Of a DNA stretch of 64,000 nt, positions 1 to 12,045 are shown piece after piece. The DNA lies in assembly GCF_006345805.1 (NCBI RefSeq), contig NC_042999.1, positions 67,642,001-67,706,000 of the forward strand. Reading direction: 5' to 3'. Each line of letters opens with the position of its first letter. Position 1 is the stretch's first letter. This DNA is from Octopus sinensis (lineage: Eukaryota). The translations under genes were made by a program, and so were the position numbers. The notes under the pieces were generated by a model that saw only the letters and a program-made list of their open reading frames with translations, was not told the origin of the DNA and ran no database searches.

Positions 1-186
1 TGCTTTTTACTTGGTACCAGCCTCCAAACTAATGGTTATTTTACTTGGCACCTTGGTTGTATATAAATCCTAGATAAATTATGTTGATGTACTGGGATTG
101 AGAAATTTTGACTTTTACCATTGCCTGCAGCCTTTGCACAAACCTTCCTTTCTCTCTCACACACACAGGAATATAACAACTGTATA

Positions 187-878
187 CAGGGTGGCCACAA
201 AGTCACACACCATGGGAGATATCAAGTATGCTTTATTAGCAATGAAGTAGGTAATCCATTACAAATCTTCTTAGTGTTGGCCATAAAGCTCTAAACAAGT
301 GTTTATATGGAATTTGAAATTACGATGAACCCTCCCAAATAGCTCTTCATTGCCATTGACTTGTTCACATGCTTCAACAATTCTTTGAAGATGTCCTTGG
401 TCACGAATCTTTAAAGAAAACACAAAAGATTTAATGCAGCCCCAGAAGAAAAAGTCCACTGGTGACCATGGTGCCCACTCAGTTGGGCCTGTGACACCCA
501 AGTCATCTCCTTGGAAAATGTTCATTCAGAAAATCACGAACCTGTAATGCATAATGGGGCAGAATCCCATCCTGCTGAAATCAGACAGGATTTCCCCTTC
601 CAAGTGAATGCTTGTGAAGCATCATCTTGTTGCCAAGCATGTCCACCTACGAATCACCTGTCTCAGAGCCCTCAAAATAAAATGGTCCAATTACTTGATT
701 GGGCCAAATCCCACACCACACCATTACCTTGCTCCCACCTTGTTGATTACCTGCCTCCCTCCAATGAGGATTGATTTGTGAGTAATATCGGCTGTTGTGA
801 AAAGAGATAAAAAAAAAAAGAGAGAATGTTAGCAATTTCCTATACTGCAGAATGATGTGTGACTTTATGACCACCCTG
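187..878 (-). mobile_element. Internally deleted Tc1/mariner-superfamily transposon with both TIRs
   Basis: TIR CAGGGTGGCCACAAAGTCACACA (187-209) matches TGTGTGACTTTATGACCACCCTG (856-878), with TA on both sides. Minus-strand frames give VMVWCGIW..IGPFYFEG, QQDG and WAPWSPVDFFFWGCIK..CLELYGQH, which are typical Tc1/mariner DDD-domain motifs, broken by frameshifts. Confidence 0.9.
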
Positions 879-1029
879 TACCTATAAATAAATGCATTGT
901 TCTACTTTTTCTTTCTGCTCATCCATGAGGGAAAGTTTTACAAACTTCAGTGCATGTACATTCTAATTTATAGAATCTGGTGTACACAACCAAGTGTATA
1001 AAGTTCTGTGCATACTCATACAACATTAA

Positions 1030-1466
1030 CCACCATGCGAGCGTGATCGTTACCCACTTAAAAGGCACCATTTGAGCATGATCGTTACCAGCATCGCCTT
1101 AAAGAGTACCATCCGAGCATGATTGTTGCCGGAGCAGCTATCTGGCCTCCGTGTCGGTGGCACGTAAAAAACACCATTCGAGCGCGATCGTTACCAGCAT
1201 CGCCTTACTGTCACCTGTGCCGGTGGCATGTGTAAAAGATTCGAGCAAGTTTGTTGCCAGTACTGCCTGACTAGCCCCATGCCTGTGGCATGTAAAAGCA
1301 CCCACTACACTCTCGGAGTGGTTGGCGTTAGGAAGAGCATCCAGCTGTAGAAACTCTGCCAGATCAAGATTGAAGCCTGGTGCAGCCATCTGGTTCGCCA
1401 GCCCTGTCATTCGTCCTACCCATGCTAGCATGGAAAGCGGACGTTAAACGATGATGATGATGATGA
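1030..1466 (+). mobile_element. SINE-like repeat family C (GTGGCACGTAAAAAGCACC subrepeats, (GAT)n tail)
   Basis: Ends in CCATGCTAGCATGGAAAGCGGACGTTAAAC(GAT)n. Homologous copies lie at 17918-18131, 19180-19243, 30505-30720, 49340-49553, 61848-62138 and 62188-62405. Confidence 0.8.
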
Positions 1467-2183
1467 CTCTGCAGTCTTCATTTCAGACCTCCTTTCTTTG
1501 CTTTCAATAGCAACAACACAAATAGCAATGAGAATCTTTCTGTAATCTGTGTATTCTGACACTGCTTGCTGGTCCATCCAGTACCAGCCTTCAGGTGTTG
1601 AATAACCACCGTTATAATATATCACACATAACACTTGTATCAGTTTGTGCTGGTCACTCCTGTCACTTGGTCATTTAGTCTTGAAATCTAATATTTGAAG
1701 GTGTGAACATTTTGATGTTCTAAGCTGTTGAGAAGTTTGGTAAAGAACATTTTGCTCAACATTTCTGTTGGCTATATTTTTTCTGCAAACATTTATTTTT
1801 TTTTTCTACAAATTCTTGTAAAGAGATGACTAGAGGACATCTTTGTCTCATTCGTCTCACTTCTGTTAGATTGGTGCTTTGAATATTTGTTTACTTATAT
1901 GCTAAATATTTTCCACTCGGAACTATCACAATCTTCACTGACACTACCAGATATTTCGTCCCTTGAGTGATGAGTTATGGTTTTTAAGCATAACCATTAC
2001 AATTCTGTGTGCCAGTCGTATATTAAACTATACATCTGTACGGGTTTTTGTTTATAAGGGGCATAACTCTGCAGTGACTTTTTCTCTTTCCTTACATCGA
2101 GTCTTGGTGTTTGTTTCGTTTCGTTCCAAGTCGTTGAAAAACAAATTTGGTTGGAGAAATTCAATTAAGGATATTTTCATTTC

Positions 2184-2399
2184 AAGCTGGCAGAAACGTT
2201 AGCACGCCGGGCGAAATGCTTAGCGGTGTTTCGTCTGCCGCTACGTTCTGAATTCAAATTCCGCCGAGGTTGACTTTGCCTTTCATCCTTTCGCGGTCAA
2301 TAAATTAAGCACCAGTTACGCACTGGGGTCGATCTAATCGACTTAATCCGTTTGTTTGTCCTCTCTGTGTTTAGCTCCTTGTGGGTAGTAAAGAAATAG
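2184..2399 (+). mobile_element. tRNA-derived SINE family A
   Basis: Head AGCTGGCAGAAACGTTAGC with B-box-like GAATTCAAATTCC, and tail GCTCCTTGTGGGTAGTAAAGAAATAG. Many copies occur in the window. Confidence 0.85.
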
Positions 2400-3004
2400 A
2401 TATTTTCATTTCTGATTCTAATGAATCAACGTTGTTACTTCGAGCCTATCCTCTTCACTAGTTAGTAACTTCCTGTTAATGTAGTGCTCCAGCATGGACT
2501 TGTCTGTGGTTGTTAAAGCAAACTAGAACATATTGGGTGCAGGGGTACCACTAAAGTTTTTTTTTTCTACTCTCCAATGGGGAAGTCATGGAAGGACACA
2601 GTTTGTACCAGGGGAGCAGATTACTTGGGAATGTTGTACAGAACCCAACTTGATCCAATTTTTGGCACAAGGCCAGCAACTTCGGGGGAGGGTTTAAGTT
2701 GATTAAATCGACCCTAGTACTCAACTGGTATATAGTTTATTGACCCCTGAAAGGATCTGATGATGATTACCTTTATTTGCCAGCTAAGTGAGATACAAGG
2801 TCAACAATTTTGAAGGGAGAGAAGTTGATTACTTCGAGCCCTCTACCTGACTGGTACTTTAATTTATCAACCCTGGAATGATGACTGACAAAATTGACCG
2901 AAGTGGGAATTGAACCAGAGCCAGAAGAAATGCCACAAAGCATTTTGTTCAATGTATCAATAATTTTGCTAGCTGTTTGCCATAATATTAATAGGCTCTG
3001 TATT

Positions 3005-3275
3005 AAATCATCATCATCATTGTTCGACCGTGGTCGAGACAATGGAATTTACTATGTTATGCCAGACTTCACGGTCCATCATAGCATTACGGAGGTCCTG
3101 TTGCTGGATGCCTGTATCCCTGGAGATTACATCAGGGTAGGAGAGTGTGTACCCTCTGGTATCGCGAGCAGATGGCTTCCAGAGGAGAAGAGTAGAAATT
3201 ACCTCGTTTTCAGCTCTACAACAATGCCCAGCAAACTGGACTCTTCTACCTTTCACAAGAGATGATACAGCTGGT
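3005..3275 (-). mobile_element. RTE-clade LINE 3' end
   Basis: ORF RRVQFAGHCCR..LLLWKP..YPDVISRDTG..DLRNAMMDREVWHNIV matches the RTE ORF C-terminus and is followed by a (GAT)n tail. Confidence 0.85.
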
Positions 3276-3827
3276 AGTTTCCCATATATTTGTACTTTGG
3301 TTGGATGACGCTTCCATGAGAGATTTTGAGAATTCCTGTTATTGAAGTCATTGTTTAGTTATCCCTGGGTTACGTCCCTTTGTTTTCGGCTGTGTGAGGT
3401 TAGAACTATCAGAGTTCTCATTAAATGATGTGTGTGTGTGTTTACAAATAAATAAATAAATAAATAAGGACTTCCAAAAGGAATCCTTAAAATACTCTGA
3501 CAGGGCTGTTTTCCCCCTCCCACACTATCTTTTGTTTTTAGAAACACTTCAAGCACACACACACACACACCACAGATTGCGATAGTCTTTTTATAAGATT
3601 TCAAGTCTTTGTATCATACATTTGAGATACGTTTTCCTTGTCAGAATTTTTTATATTGGCTACCAGTGACAACACCAGCCTTGCATGTGTGTGTTTCTGG
3701 ATGTATAAACTGAAAAATTTATTCAATTTTCTGTAAACGTTTGTTTGTCTGAAACTGTAACGTCTGTGCATTGTTGCTCGGAATTTCTCCATTACTATTG
3801 TATTTCTTACCTCAGTGTTACATAGCT

Positions 3828-4232
3828 GAGATCTTTTCGGTTTGAACGGCAGTTTTTTCTAGCGGTGTCATATGAAATTGTCACCCATAATTATGACCCT
3901 TGTATCGATCTATTGCATTTCAATCTGAGTTAGGGGTGGGGGGAAGGGTATCTTTTTTTCTTCAGAAATGTAAATAAACCCAATCTGTTTCTTAAACGGA
4001 CATTTTCATACGGTACAGAATGTTTTCACCTCAATAGACGTCATTGATTGGTTGAAATTGCAGAAATTGAAGAAAAAAAAGCAACAAATATCTTACAAAC
4101 AATAGAATTTTCTCAATAAAGCCAAGAGAAAAAGATGTTTTATAAACATATTCTACCAGTATACGAAGTTTAAAAGTGTTTAGTTACGTGGAAATTATTT
4201 TTAAAAACTGCCGTTCAAACCGAAAAGATCCC
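3828..4232. mobile_element. MITE with ~30 bp TIRs
   Basis: GAGATCTTTTCGGTTTGAACGGCAGTTTTT matches AAAAACTGCCGTTCAAACCGAAAAGATCCC, with a non-coding interior. Confidence 0.8.
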
Positions 4233-4370
4233 ATAGTTGTGTGTGCTTCTGAATGAGTGAATTAGTTTTATAAATTTGCATATAAAAATGTTATACTGCT
4301 GCACAGTTAATGTAGAGAAATACATTCCAACATTTTGTGTTGAATTTTTGATATTGCTAACATTGTAAAT

Positions 4371-4677
4371 GTGGAGGCGTAATGGAGCAGTGGTTAGGGC
4401 AGCGGACTCGCGGTCGGAGGATCGCGTTTTCAACTCCCAGATTAGGCGTTGTGTGTGTTTATTGAGCGAAAACACCTGATGTTCTACAAGGCTCTGGCAG
4501 GTGGGGTGGCGACCCCTGTTGTACTCTTTCGCCCCAATTTTCTCTCTTATGCAGTAACGTGGCGATGGACTGGCGTCCTGTCCAGCTGGTTGGGGGGGAA
4601 CACATATGGCATAGAAACCGGGAATCCGGGCCCATGAGCCTGGCTAGGCTTTAAAAGGGTGTGTAAATAAATAAATA
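4371..4677 (+). mobile_element. tRNA-derived SINE family D, tail type 1
   Basis: Head TGGAGGCGTAATGGAGCAGTGGTTAGGGCAGCGGACTCGCGG, (TAAA)n tail, and 12-bp TSD AACATTGTAAAT at 4359-4370 and 4678-4689. Confidence 0.85.
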
Positions 4678-5210
4678 AACATTGTAAATAACAACAGTAT
4701 TATTTAAATGTATCTGTTTTGTAATTTGGAGTGGGCAGATCCCATGGAAGGCAGGAGAATTAGAAGAGTATTAGAAAAGTGGCCATGTGTTGATAGGATG
4801 TCAGACAGTGAGGGTGAAGAGGTCAGTGTTTTTTGTAACCAGCATTGTGCTGTGTCGATGGCCATGATAATTAAATCTTAACCTGTTCAATTCATATAGC
4901 TGTTAACAGGTACCATGTGTAGGTGAGGCTTACTACCAAAGAAAGCAGAGCACTACTTAATTGTCAAATGTTTTACTATCTCACTGTTAAAGTTCTAATG
5001 TAGCTGTATGTTGGAGAAAGGTATGAAGTGTACTGGGCCAGTTTGCTCCTGATACAGCTACATGTAAGTAAAGCTTTGAATCTTTGGTGTTGTCGCAGCC
5101 AACCCAGTGGCTTATAAGGAATCACCATTTACTATTTATTTATTTATATTATTCTATTGAGAGTATTGATTCTAAAGATTATCTTGCCAATCCTCTTTTG
5201 GCAGAGTTCC

Positions 5211-5250
<40 letters not shown>

Positions 5251-6471
5251 ATAATATAATATAATATAATATAATTTGTACTTGTAAATATTTTATAAAT
5301 TGTTTTTGTATTTTAATATAAAATTCAACAGAAATGGCAGTAAGTTGGCAGAGATAGTAAAATGTTGAATTAAATGTTAAAATGTTTAGAATTTCATACC
5401 AGAAGATCCTAACTTTCAAATTTCATCTTTCCAAAAGTTGGTAAAGATAACCTCCAGTGTATTGTTTGTTCTAGTCGGTCTGAGCCAAAAAAGAAAAAAA
5501 GGGTTGGTGAGTAAGAAAGTTAACGAAAGAATGCACTATTACATTGTCTAATTTGAAGTTGAGTGATTAGCAAAGATACAAATGCATCATCCGGTTGTGA
5601 AAACAACCAATTATTGTAACAATCAATTCCTGCCCTAGCAAACAGAGAAGTAAAAATTAATGTGGAACAATAAAATATATACTTCTGCATACCACTATAG
5701 AGCATGTGTATTAACTTTTATTCAAGGTGTTTCTAGTTTTGAGACACTACTCCATAGAAATCATTCACCTTGTCTTGTTAGTCCCACAAATTTTTCTTTT
5801 TTTTCTGAGTTTTTTTTTTTTTTTGTATCTAGCTTTTTGTTCATTCATTTTAATTATTTAGTCTGGAGCAAAGAATTGGGCTCGTAACATTCATGGTTCC
5901 TCCACCAATACAGGTGTGTTTGATGCAGTTAATGAACTAACACACACACACACACACACACACAAAATAACAAAAAACATGAACAGGGAACTCTGGGTAG
6001 GCAGGACTAGGTAGACTTAGTTGGTGTGGGGTGTGGATGGGAGAGATGTATGAGTCATGTGAGTCCGAGTGCAGGTAAAACAAGCTCAACCAGCTTTAAG
6101 GAGCAGAGAAACAGTAGTTTGAAAAGAAGATTAAGGGGCTAATATATTAATGAACTACAGAGTAATCAATCAAATGGCAGTCAGAAATACATCTACATGT
6201 ATATCTTGTTTCATTCATTTGACTGTGGCCATGCTGGGGCACTGCTTTGAATGGTTTTAGTCAAATGAATTGACCGTTGTACTTTGTTTTGTTTTGTTTT
6301 TTTTGTCTTAGTAAAACCTGGTATCTGTTCTGTTGGTTACTTTTGTCAAACAGTTAAGTTACAGGGACATGAACAAACAAACACCAGTTGTCAAGTGATG
6401 GTCAGGGACAAACGGACACAAGGCCACAAACACACACACACACGCACATAAACAAGCATCTTTCAGTTTCT

Positions 6472-6698
6472 TATTTCTTTACTACCCACAAGGGGCTACA
6501 CACAGAGGGGACAAACAAGGACAGACAAACGGATTAAGTTGATTATATCGACCCCAGTGCGTAACTGGTACTTATTTAATCGACCCTGAAAGGATGAAAG
6601 GCAAAGTCGACCTCTGCGGAATTTGAACTCAGAACGTAACAGCAGATGAAATACCGCTAAGCATTTCACCTGGCGTGCTAATATTCCTGCCAGCTCGC
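6472..6698 (-). mobile_element. SINE family A, full length
   Basis: Reverse complement of the 2184-2399 element. Confidence 0.85.
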
Positions 6699-6731
6699 AT
6701 GGATGGAAAAACTGATGTAAAAATGACTGGA

Positions 6732-6765
<34 letters not shown>

Positions 6766-7119
6766 CATCATTTTCTATGCTGGCATGAGACTTGTTGACA
6801 CAATATTCTATGACTGGATGCCCTTCCTGTTGCCAACCTTTTCTTGGCTTTCACATTTTGAAACCACTGAGCTAAAGGATGTATTTACAGGAGACATAAA
6901 TATCACCAGCTCAAAGGATGTGTGAAAACACATGGAACCATACACCACCACCACCACCACCACATTTATGCATGGCAGGCTTCCATACAGTTTCTATCTA
7001 CCAAATTTCGCTTGCTGCCAAGTCACACTCATTTACGAACTACATTTATGCTTTATTTTTTTTCTTTTAAATCTATCTATCTATCGACAGTTGTCTGTAT
7101 CAGAAAAACTTATACATGA

Positions 7120-7500
7120 GTAGGAGCGGCTGTGTGATAAGTAGCTTGCTTACCAACCACATGGTTCTAGGTTCAGTCCCACTGCGTGGCACCTTGGGCA
7201 AGTGTCTTCTACTATAGCCTCGGGCCAACCAAAGCCTTGTGAGTGGATTTGGTAGATGGAAACTGAAAGAAGCCCGTCGTATACATGTATATATATATAT
7301 ATATATGTATGTGTGTCCTCCCAACATCGCTTGACAACCAATGCTGGTGTGTTTACATCCCCGTAACTTAGCGGTTCAGCAAAAGAGACCGATGGAATAA
7401 GTACCAGGCTTACAAAGAATAAGTCCTGGGGTCGATTTGGTCAACTAAAGGTGGTGCTCCAGCATGGCTGCAGTCGGGTGACTGAAACAAGTAAAAGAGT
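7120..7500 (+). mobile_element. tRNA-derived SINE family B, full length, with internal (TA)n/(TG)n
   Basis: A box GGCTGTGTGATAAG, B box GGTTCAGTCCC, and tail CCAGCATGGCTGCAGTC..GAAACAAGTAAAAGAG. Homologs include 12262-12481, 15170-15555, 18968-19130, 20030-20455, 23222-23845, 51577-52030 and 60140-60305. Confidence 0.85.
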
Positions 7501-8178
7501 ACATGGATACAGCAGCACTGAATTGCATAAAACTGTTGCATCTTCAAACAAAATTACATTCATTTTTTGTAACTGTAATGGTTGACATAGCTTTTTGTCT
7601 TCCCTGAGGCTGATAAAATTAGAAAGCAAAGTTTTGTGGTTGATACAATCAATAGAAACCATTGAAAGTAATGCCACTGCATAACCACAGTCTAGTGACT
7701 TCAATCAGTGATGCAATAATGTAAGAATGACTACTTGTCTGTCTGTCTGTGTGCCTGTCTATCTTTCTTTTTGAAGTTTCCTCTCACACTGCAATCAGAC
7801 ACTAAATACTGTTTTTACTGATTTTACTAATGGTGATGATGATGATGATATGTTCATATTATTTTTCCCCCAGGGACCAGCCATTCTTACAATGGTGGGT
7901 GTCAAAAATGTCATGCAATGTATTAAAACATTACAGAGTGGAAAAATAAATGTAGATAAATTACACAAATATATACATAAAAAAATAATGAAATTATTAT
8001 ATACCGTGCTCAGGTGCAGTACAATGCTCACGTGCACTACAAACACTCAGGTGCACCACAAGTAAATAAAACAAAAAACAAAACATTTGAGCAGCCAATG
8101 CATTTCCCCTACACACATAAAAATTACAACCTTAGTTAATTTAATCAACCCCATGACCCCTAACTTTCTTTCACTCCT

Positions 8179-8776
8179 AGTACTTGTGGTGTTAGCGATG
8201 TTATGGGCTGTGATGAGCTATGTGGTGTTGGTGGAGAGGATGGTAGATGAGGTAAAAGGGAAGTAAAGACTGCAGGGGCATGCGTGGGCAGGAAGCATGT
8301 ATGGTGAGTTCAAGCAGAGACAGCAGTGAGAAAAGACGTGTCTATTTCGTGAGAGTGACCGCTCATTCTGCTAAGGTCAACAGGTAAGGCCTTTTGTATT
8401 TCTTTCTCCCGTTTGCTTCTTTTTCTGTTGTCCTTTTCTTCCATCACACTACAAGCTATTTCGGCCCACAACAGTCATAAAAATTGGAAGAAACTTTTTA
8501 AAAAAAGCAGAAAAAGAAGCAAACGGGAGAAAGAAATACAAAAGGCTTTACCTGTTGACCTCGGCAGAATGAGCAGTTACTCTCACGAAATAGACATGTC
8601 TTTTCTCGCTGCCATCTCTGCTCGAACTCACCACACATGCTTCCTGCCCATGCATGTCCCTGTCACTCTTCCGCCGGCCCCTGCAGTCTTTACTTCCATT
8701 TTACCTCATCTACTGTCCTCTCCACCAACACCACATAGCTCATCACAGCCCATAACACTGCTAACACCACAGTACT
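8179..8776. repeat. Long inverted repeat (foldback), arms ~250-270 bp
   Basis: 8179-8427 is the reverse complement of 8508-8776, with scattered substitutions and one ~20 bp indel. The spacer is 80 bp. Confidence 0.85.
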
Positions 8777-8789
8777 GGAACCTGGTTAA

Positions 8790-9640
8790 GCTCTTTCCTC
8801 CCTATAAAGCATAGGCCATCAATGCTTTTTCTCTGCTGCTCTTGATAGAGGCTGTCTTTTCTGCTTCTTCCTAGTCGATTCCCTGTGTTTTTCTGCTCTG
8901 CCTCAGTATCCTACATGTTTCCCTCAGGGAAAGCCTTCCTCTCCCAGATCTTGTTGATTTTTAATTGTCATCAGTGCTTCTGTAACCTTGCTTTTTTCTA
9001 AGTAGGGGTGTTGGCTTTCTGCAAACCCATTTTTACCTCTGGGAAGAGTAGGTCCTTACTAGTCTCTCCAGTATAGAAGGCCTTCCAAGTATAGCCAGTA
9101 TAGCTCTCAGGGTTATTAAGGTATAGTGTAACAAGGACTGGACCTTGTTGGAGAGTATTGGAACCTAGAATACCCGAAAATGTCCATAAGCATTCTTGGT
9201 ACAGGATTATACTTAGATTCCACAACATCCATTGGGATGTTCCCATGTAGTCCTTGATAGCCTGCTGTCAGTCATTTAAGTCTTCTGCAAAATCTCATCC
9301 ATCTCTTCCTCAGCCAGCACCTTATTCTTCCTTTATTCCTTAAGATGAATTAGATGATCCATCAGTGCTTCATGGTCAATTCTAAGAACTGAATTCCATG
9401 CTGTCCTAGAATCAAAGAAAATCATTCTTCTTGTTGCATCCTGCTTGTCTTTGCTCTGGACTCTCTTTTACCATGTCTCCCCACTTTTTACTTGTTTTGG
9501 CTCTCCTTGGTGGTTTGCTGTTCCTTCCCAGCCTACATCTGTTCATCATTTCAAGGTAATTAGGATGGTACAACTGGGAAGGGATACCTTGGTTTCCTGG
9601 CTGTCAGCTCCTGACAGTGAGGATATGGTGTCTTTTAATT
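8790..9640 (-). mobile_element. Decayed retroelement ORF, possibly Penelope-like GIY-YIG or integrase remnant
   Basis: The minus frame contains FYTGETSKDL (GIY-YIG-like YxGET) and, further on, a weak GKELN resembling the PLE terminal GLN. Many stops; family uncertain. Confidence 0.35.
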
Positions 9641-9644
9641 TAAA

Positions 9645-9682
<38 letters not shown>

Positions 9683-10039
9683 TATCTTTGGAGCTGTGAC
9701 TAGTGATACTGTGGAAAGAAAAATTTCTGGAGCCTGCTTAATACTTGTTACTTCCTTCCTCTACTTTTCCAATTCCTTTGAGCAGAAGAGCAGAAAGCCT
9801 TCAAGTGGCTCTTCCATACATATATCATAACTGGCTTTCTTATCTGCATCATTTCTTTAAATGCTCTTTTTTTCTTTTTCCAGCATTCACTCTAAGGTAC
9901 AACTACAGAATAGCTTTGTGGCAATCAGATGCCATCAGGACTTGCATGTCTATCAAGACCTCTCCCAACTACATTGCTTTCTTTTACCACTTTACTCACT
10001 ACTGACCCATACAGTGTCACAAAGCCAGCACCACCACCA

Positions 10040-10414
10040 GTGGAGACGTAATGGCCCAGTGGTTAGGGCAGCGGACTCACGGTCGGAGGATCACGGTTTC
10101 GATTCCCAGACCGGGCGTTGTGTGTGTTTATTGAGTGAAAACACCTAAAGCTCCACGAGGCTCCTGCAGGGGATGGTGGCAACCCCTGTTGTACACTTTT
10201 GCCCCAACTTTCTCTCACTCTTTCTTCCTGTTTCTTGTCCCCAACTTCCTACGCAACCGCTGAGCCTGGATGCACATTCATCCATCCGTCGATGCTCTCG
10301 GTGTCGGAGTTGACCTGCTTTCTTTTCTGCAGGTCTTATGAATAGCAAAGGACCACATTTCGGACTTCTCCCACAGGGACGAAGACCACTTCGCTTGACA
10401 AACAAACAAACAAA
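10040..10414 (+). mobile_element. SINE family D, tail type 2
   Basis: Same head as the 4371 copy, (CAAA)n tail, and 20-bp TSD CAAAGCCAGCACCACCACCA at 10020-10039 and 10415-10434. Confidence 0.9.
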
Positions 10415-11031
10415 CAAAGCCAGCACCACCACCACCAATTTTCCTGATCACAACCCTTGTATTTTATCTAACCATATATTGCAACACCAGCCTATGTGTT
10501 GACAGGTGCCTGGCACAACTATTCCACCTGTTGCTTCACTTTTTCCTGTCATAACACTAGGTAAATGCTTTCATACACCCCCACCCAGGTCAATGGATCC
10601 CTCCCCCACCTGTTCCTATATGGGCATACAAAAGGCCCTCCTCCTTTTGTTTAGACAGACCTATTTTACTCTACTCCTTGCCCATTTCTTGATATATTCA
10701 TTAAGCAAGTATGTCTCTTCCAGCCACTGTCCCTCATCTCATAACCCACCTGTGTCCTTATATTTTTATTTCTCAGTTGTCAGTCTATATCGAACACCTT
10801 CAAAAGTGCTGCCATTGCTTTTACTATCAATGTTATCACAAATATTGTTATTTATTTTATTTGTTAAAGTGTCTACTTGTTTTGTTGTATTCGTTTACTA
10901 TTTGTCTTTAAAAGAGAAAAAAAAAACCATACAAATTCTGTTATTGTTTTCAAAATTTTAATTGAGATTCTTGGGGATGTATTCTCTGCTACCATGCTTA
11001 TGGCTAGCACTCAAAAAAAATTACTAATAAA

Positions 11032-11066
<35 letters not shown>

Positions 11067-11073
<7 letters not shown>

Positions 11074-11393
11074 TTATAAATTAGGGTATCTATGAGATAC
11101 CACCATGCTGAAAATAGCAGCCATGATCTGACTCTAAAACCACCATAATTGTCCATATATCAACACGGAGAGAAAATAAAGGGACAAGATGGATGATGGG
11201 GAAACACACACACACACATCATCTTGTCTCTTTGTTTTCTCTCCGTGTTGATATATGGACAATTATGGTGGTTTTAGAGTCAGATCATGGCTGCTATTTT
11301 CAGCATGGTGGTATATTGTAGATACCCTAATTTATAATTTTAATAATTATTACCTTTGAAGGTTATTTTTAAATTAACGATCTTATCCTTATT

Positions 11394-11444
<51 letters not shown>

Positions 11445-11783
11445 ATATATATATATTAAAATTATAAATTAGGGTATCTATGAGATACCACCATGCTGAA
11501 AATAGCAGCCATGATCTGACTCTAAAACCACCATAATTGTCCATATATCAACACGGAGAGAAAATAAAGGGACAAGATGGATGATGGGGAAACACACACA
11601 CACACACATCATCTTGTCTCTTTGTTTTCTCTCCGTGTTGATATATGGACAATTATGGTGGTTTTAGAGTCAGATCATGGCTGCTATTTTCAGCATGGTG
11701 GTATATTGTAGATACCCTAATTTATAATTTTAATAATTATTACCTTTGAAGGTTATTTTTAAATTAACGATCTTATCCTTATT

Positions 11784-11790
<7 letters not shown>
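11067..11790. repeat. Tandem duplication of a ~280 bp foldback element plus ~55 bp flank, separated by (TA)n
   Basis: Units 11067-11400 and 11455-11790 are identical except for one CA repeat. Each has ~125 bp inverted arms around a (CA)n-containing spacer. Confidence 0.95.
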
Positions 11791-11829
<39 letters not shown>

Positions 11830-11849
11830 GTATATAAAACAGTTTTTGG

Positions 11850-12045
11850 TCTTGTTGTAGGTAAATATGTAACTAACGTTTCCACTTAAGACAACAAAGG
11901 TAGACATTATTGATACTTTGTTGGCTGAGAAAGATATTCAGTTCCTGTGTTTATTGTAATCACTTTCTGTAAATAAACCAACTAAAACAAGACTCTTGAT
12001 AACACTGTCATTTTCGATGGTACGGGTGGGTGTGGGTGGGGAATC
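11850..12045 (+). mobile_element. LINE apurinic-endonuclease domain remnant
   Basis: Frame KVDIIDTLLAEKDIQFLCL resembles the APE N-terminus. A second APE-like piece (..QTDGGNIFIYID, frameshifted) lies at about 12730-12890. Confidence 0.3.

Noticed and set aside
2428-2462. Minus-strand GTGAAGAGGATAGGCTCGAAG..AACGTT resembling the 60005 motif
   Set aside because: Too degenerate, and it overlaps wording typical of another SINE.
5475-5913. Plus-strand micro-exon candidates 5475-5506 and 5862-5913 (RSEPKKKKRV/VWSKELGS, RVxW-like)
   Set aside because: Too short, several frames are possible, and no upstream partner or homology was found.
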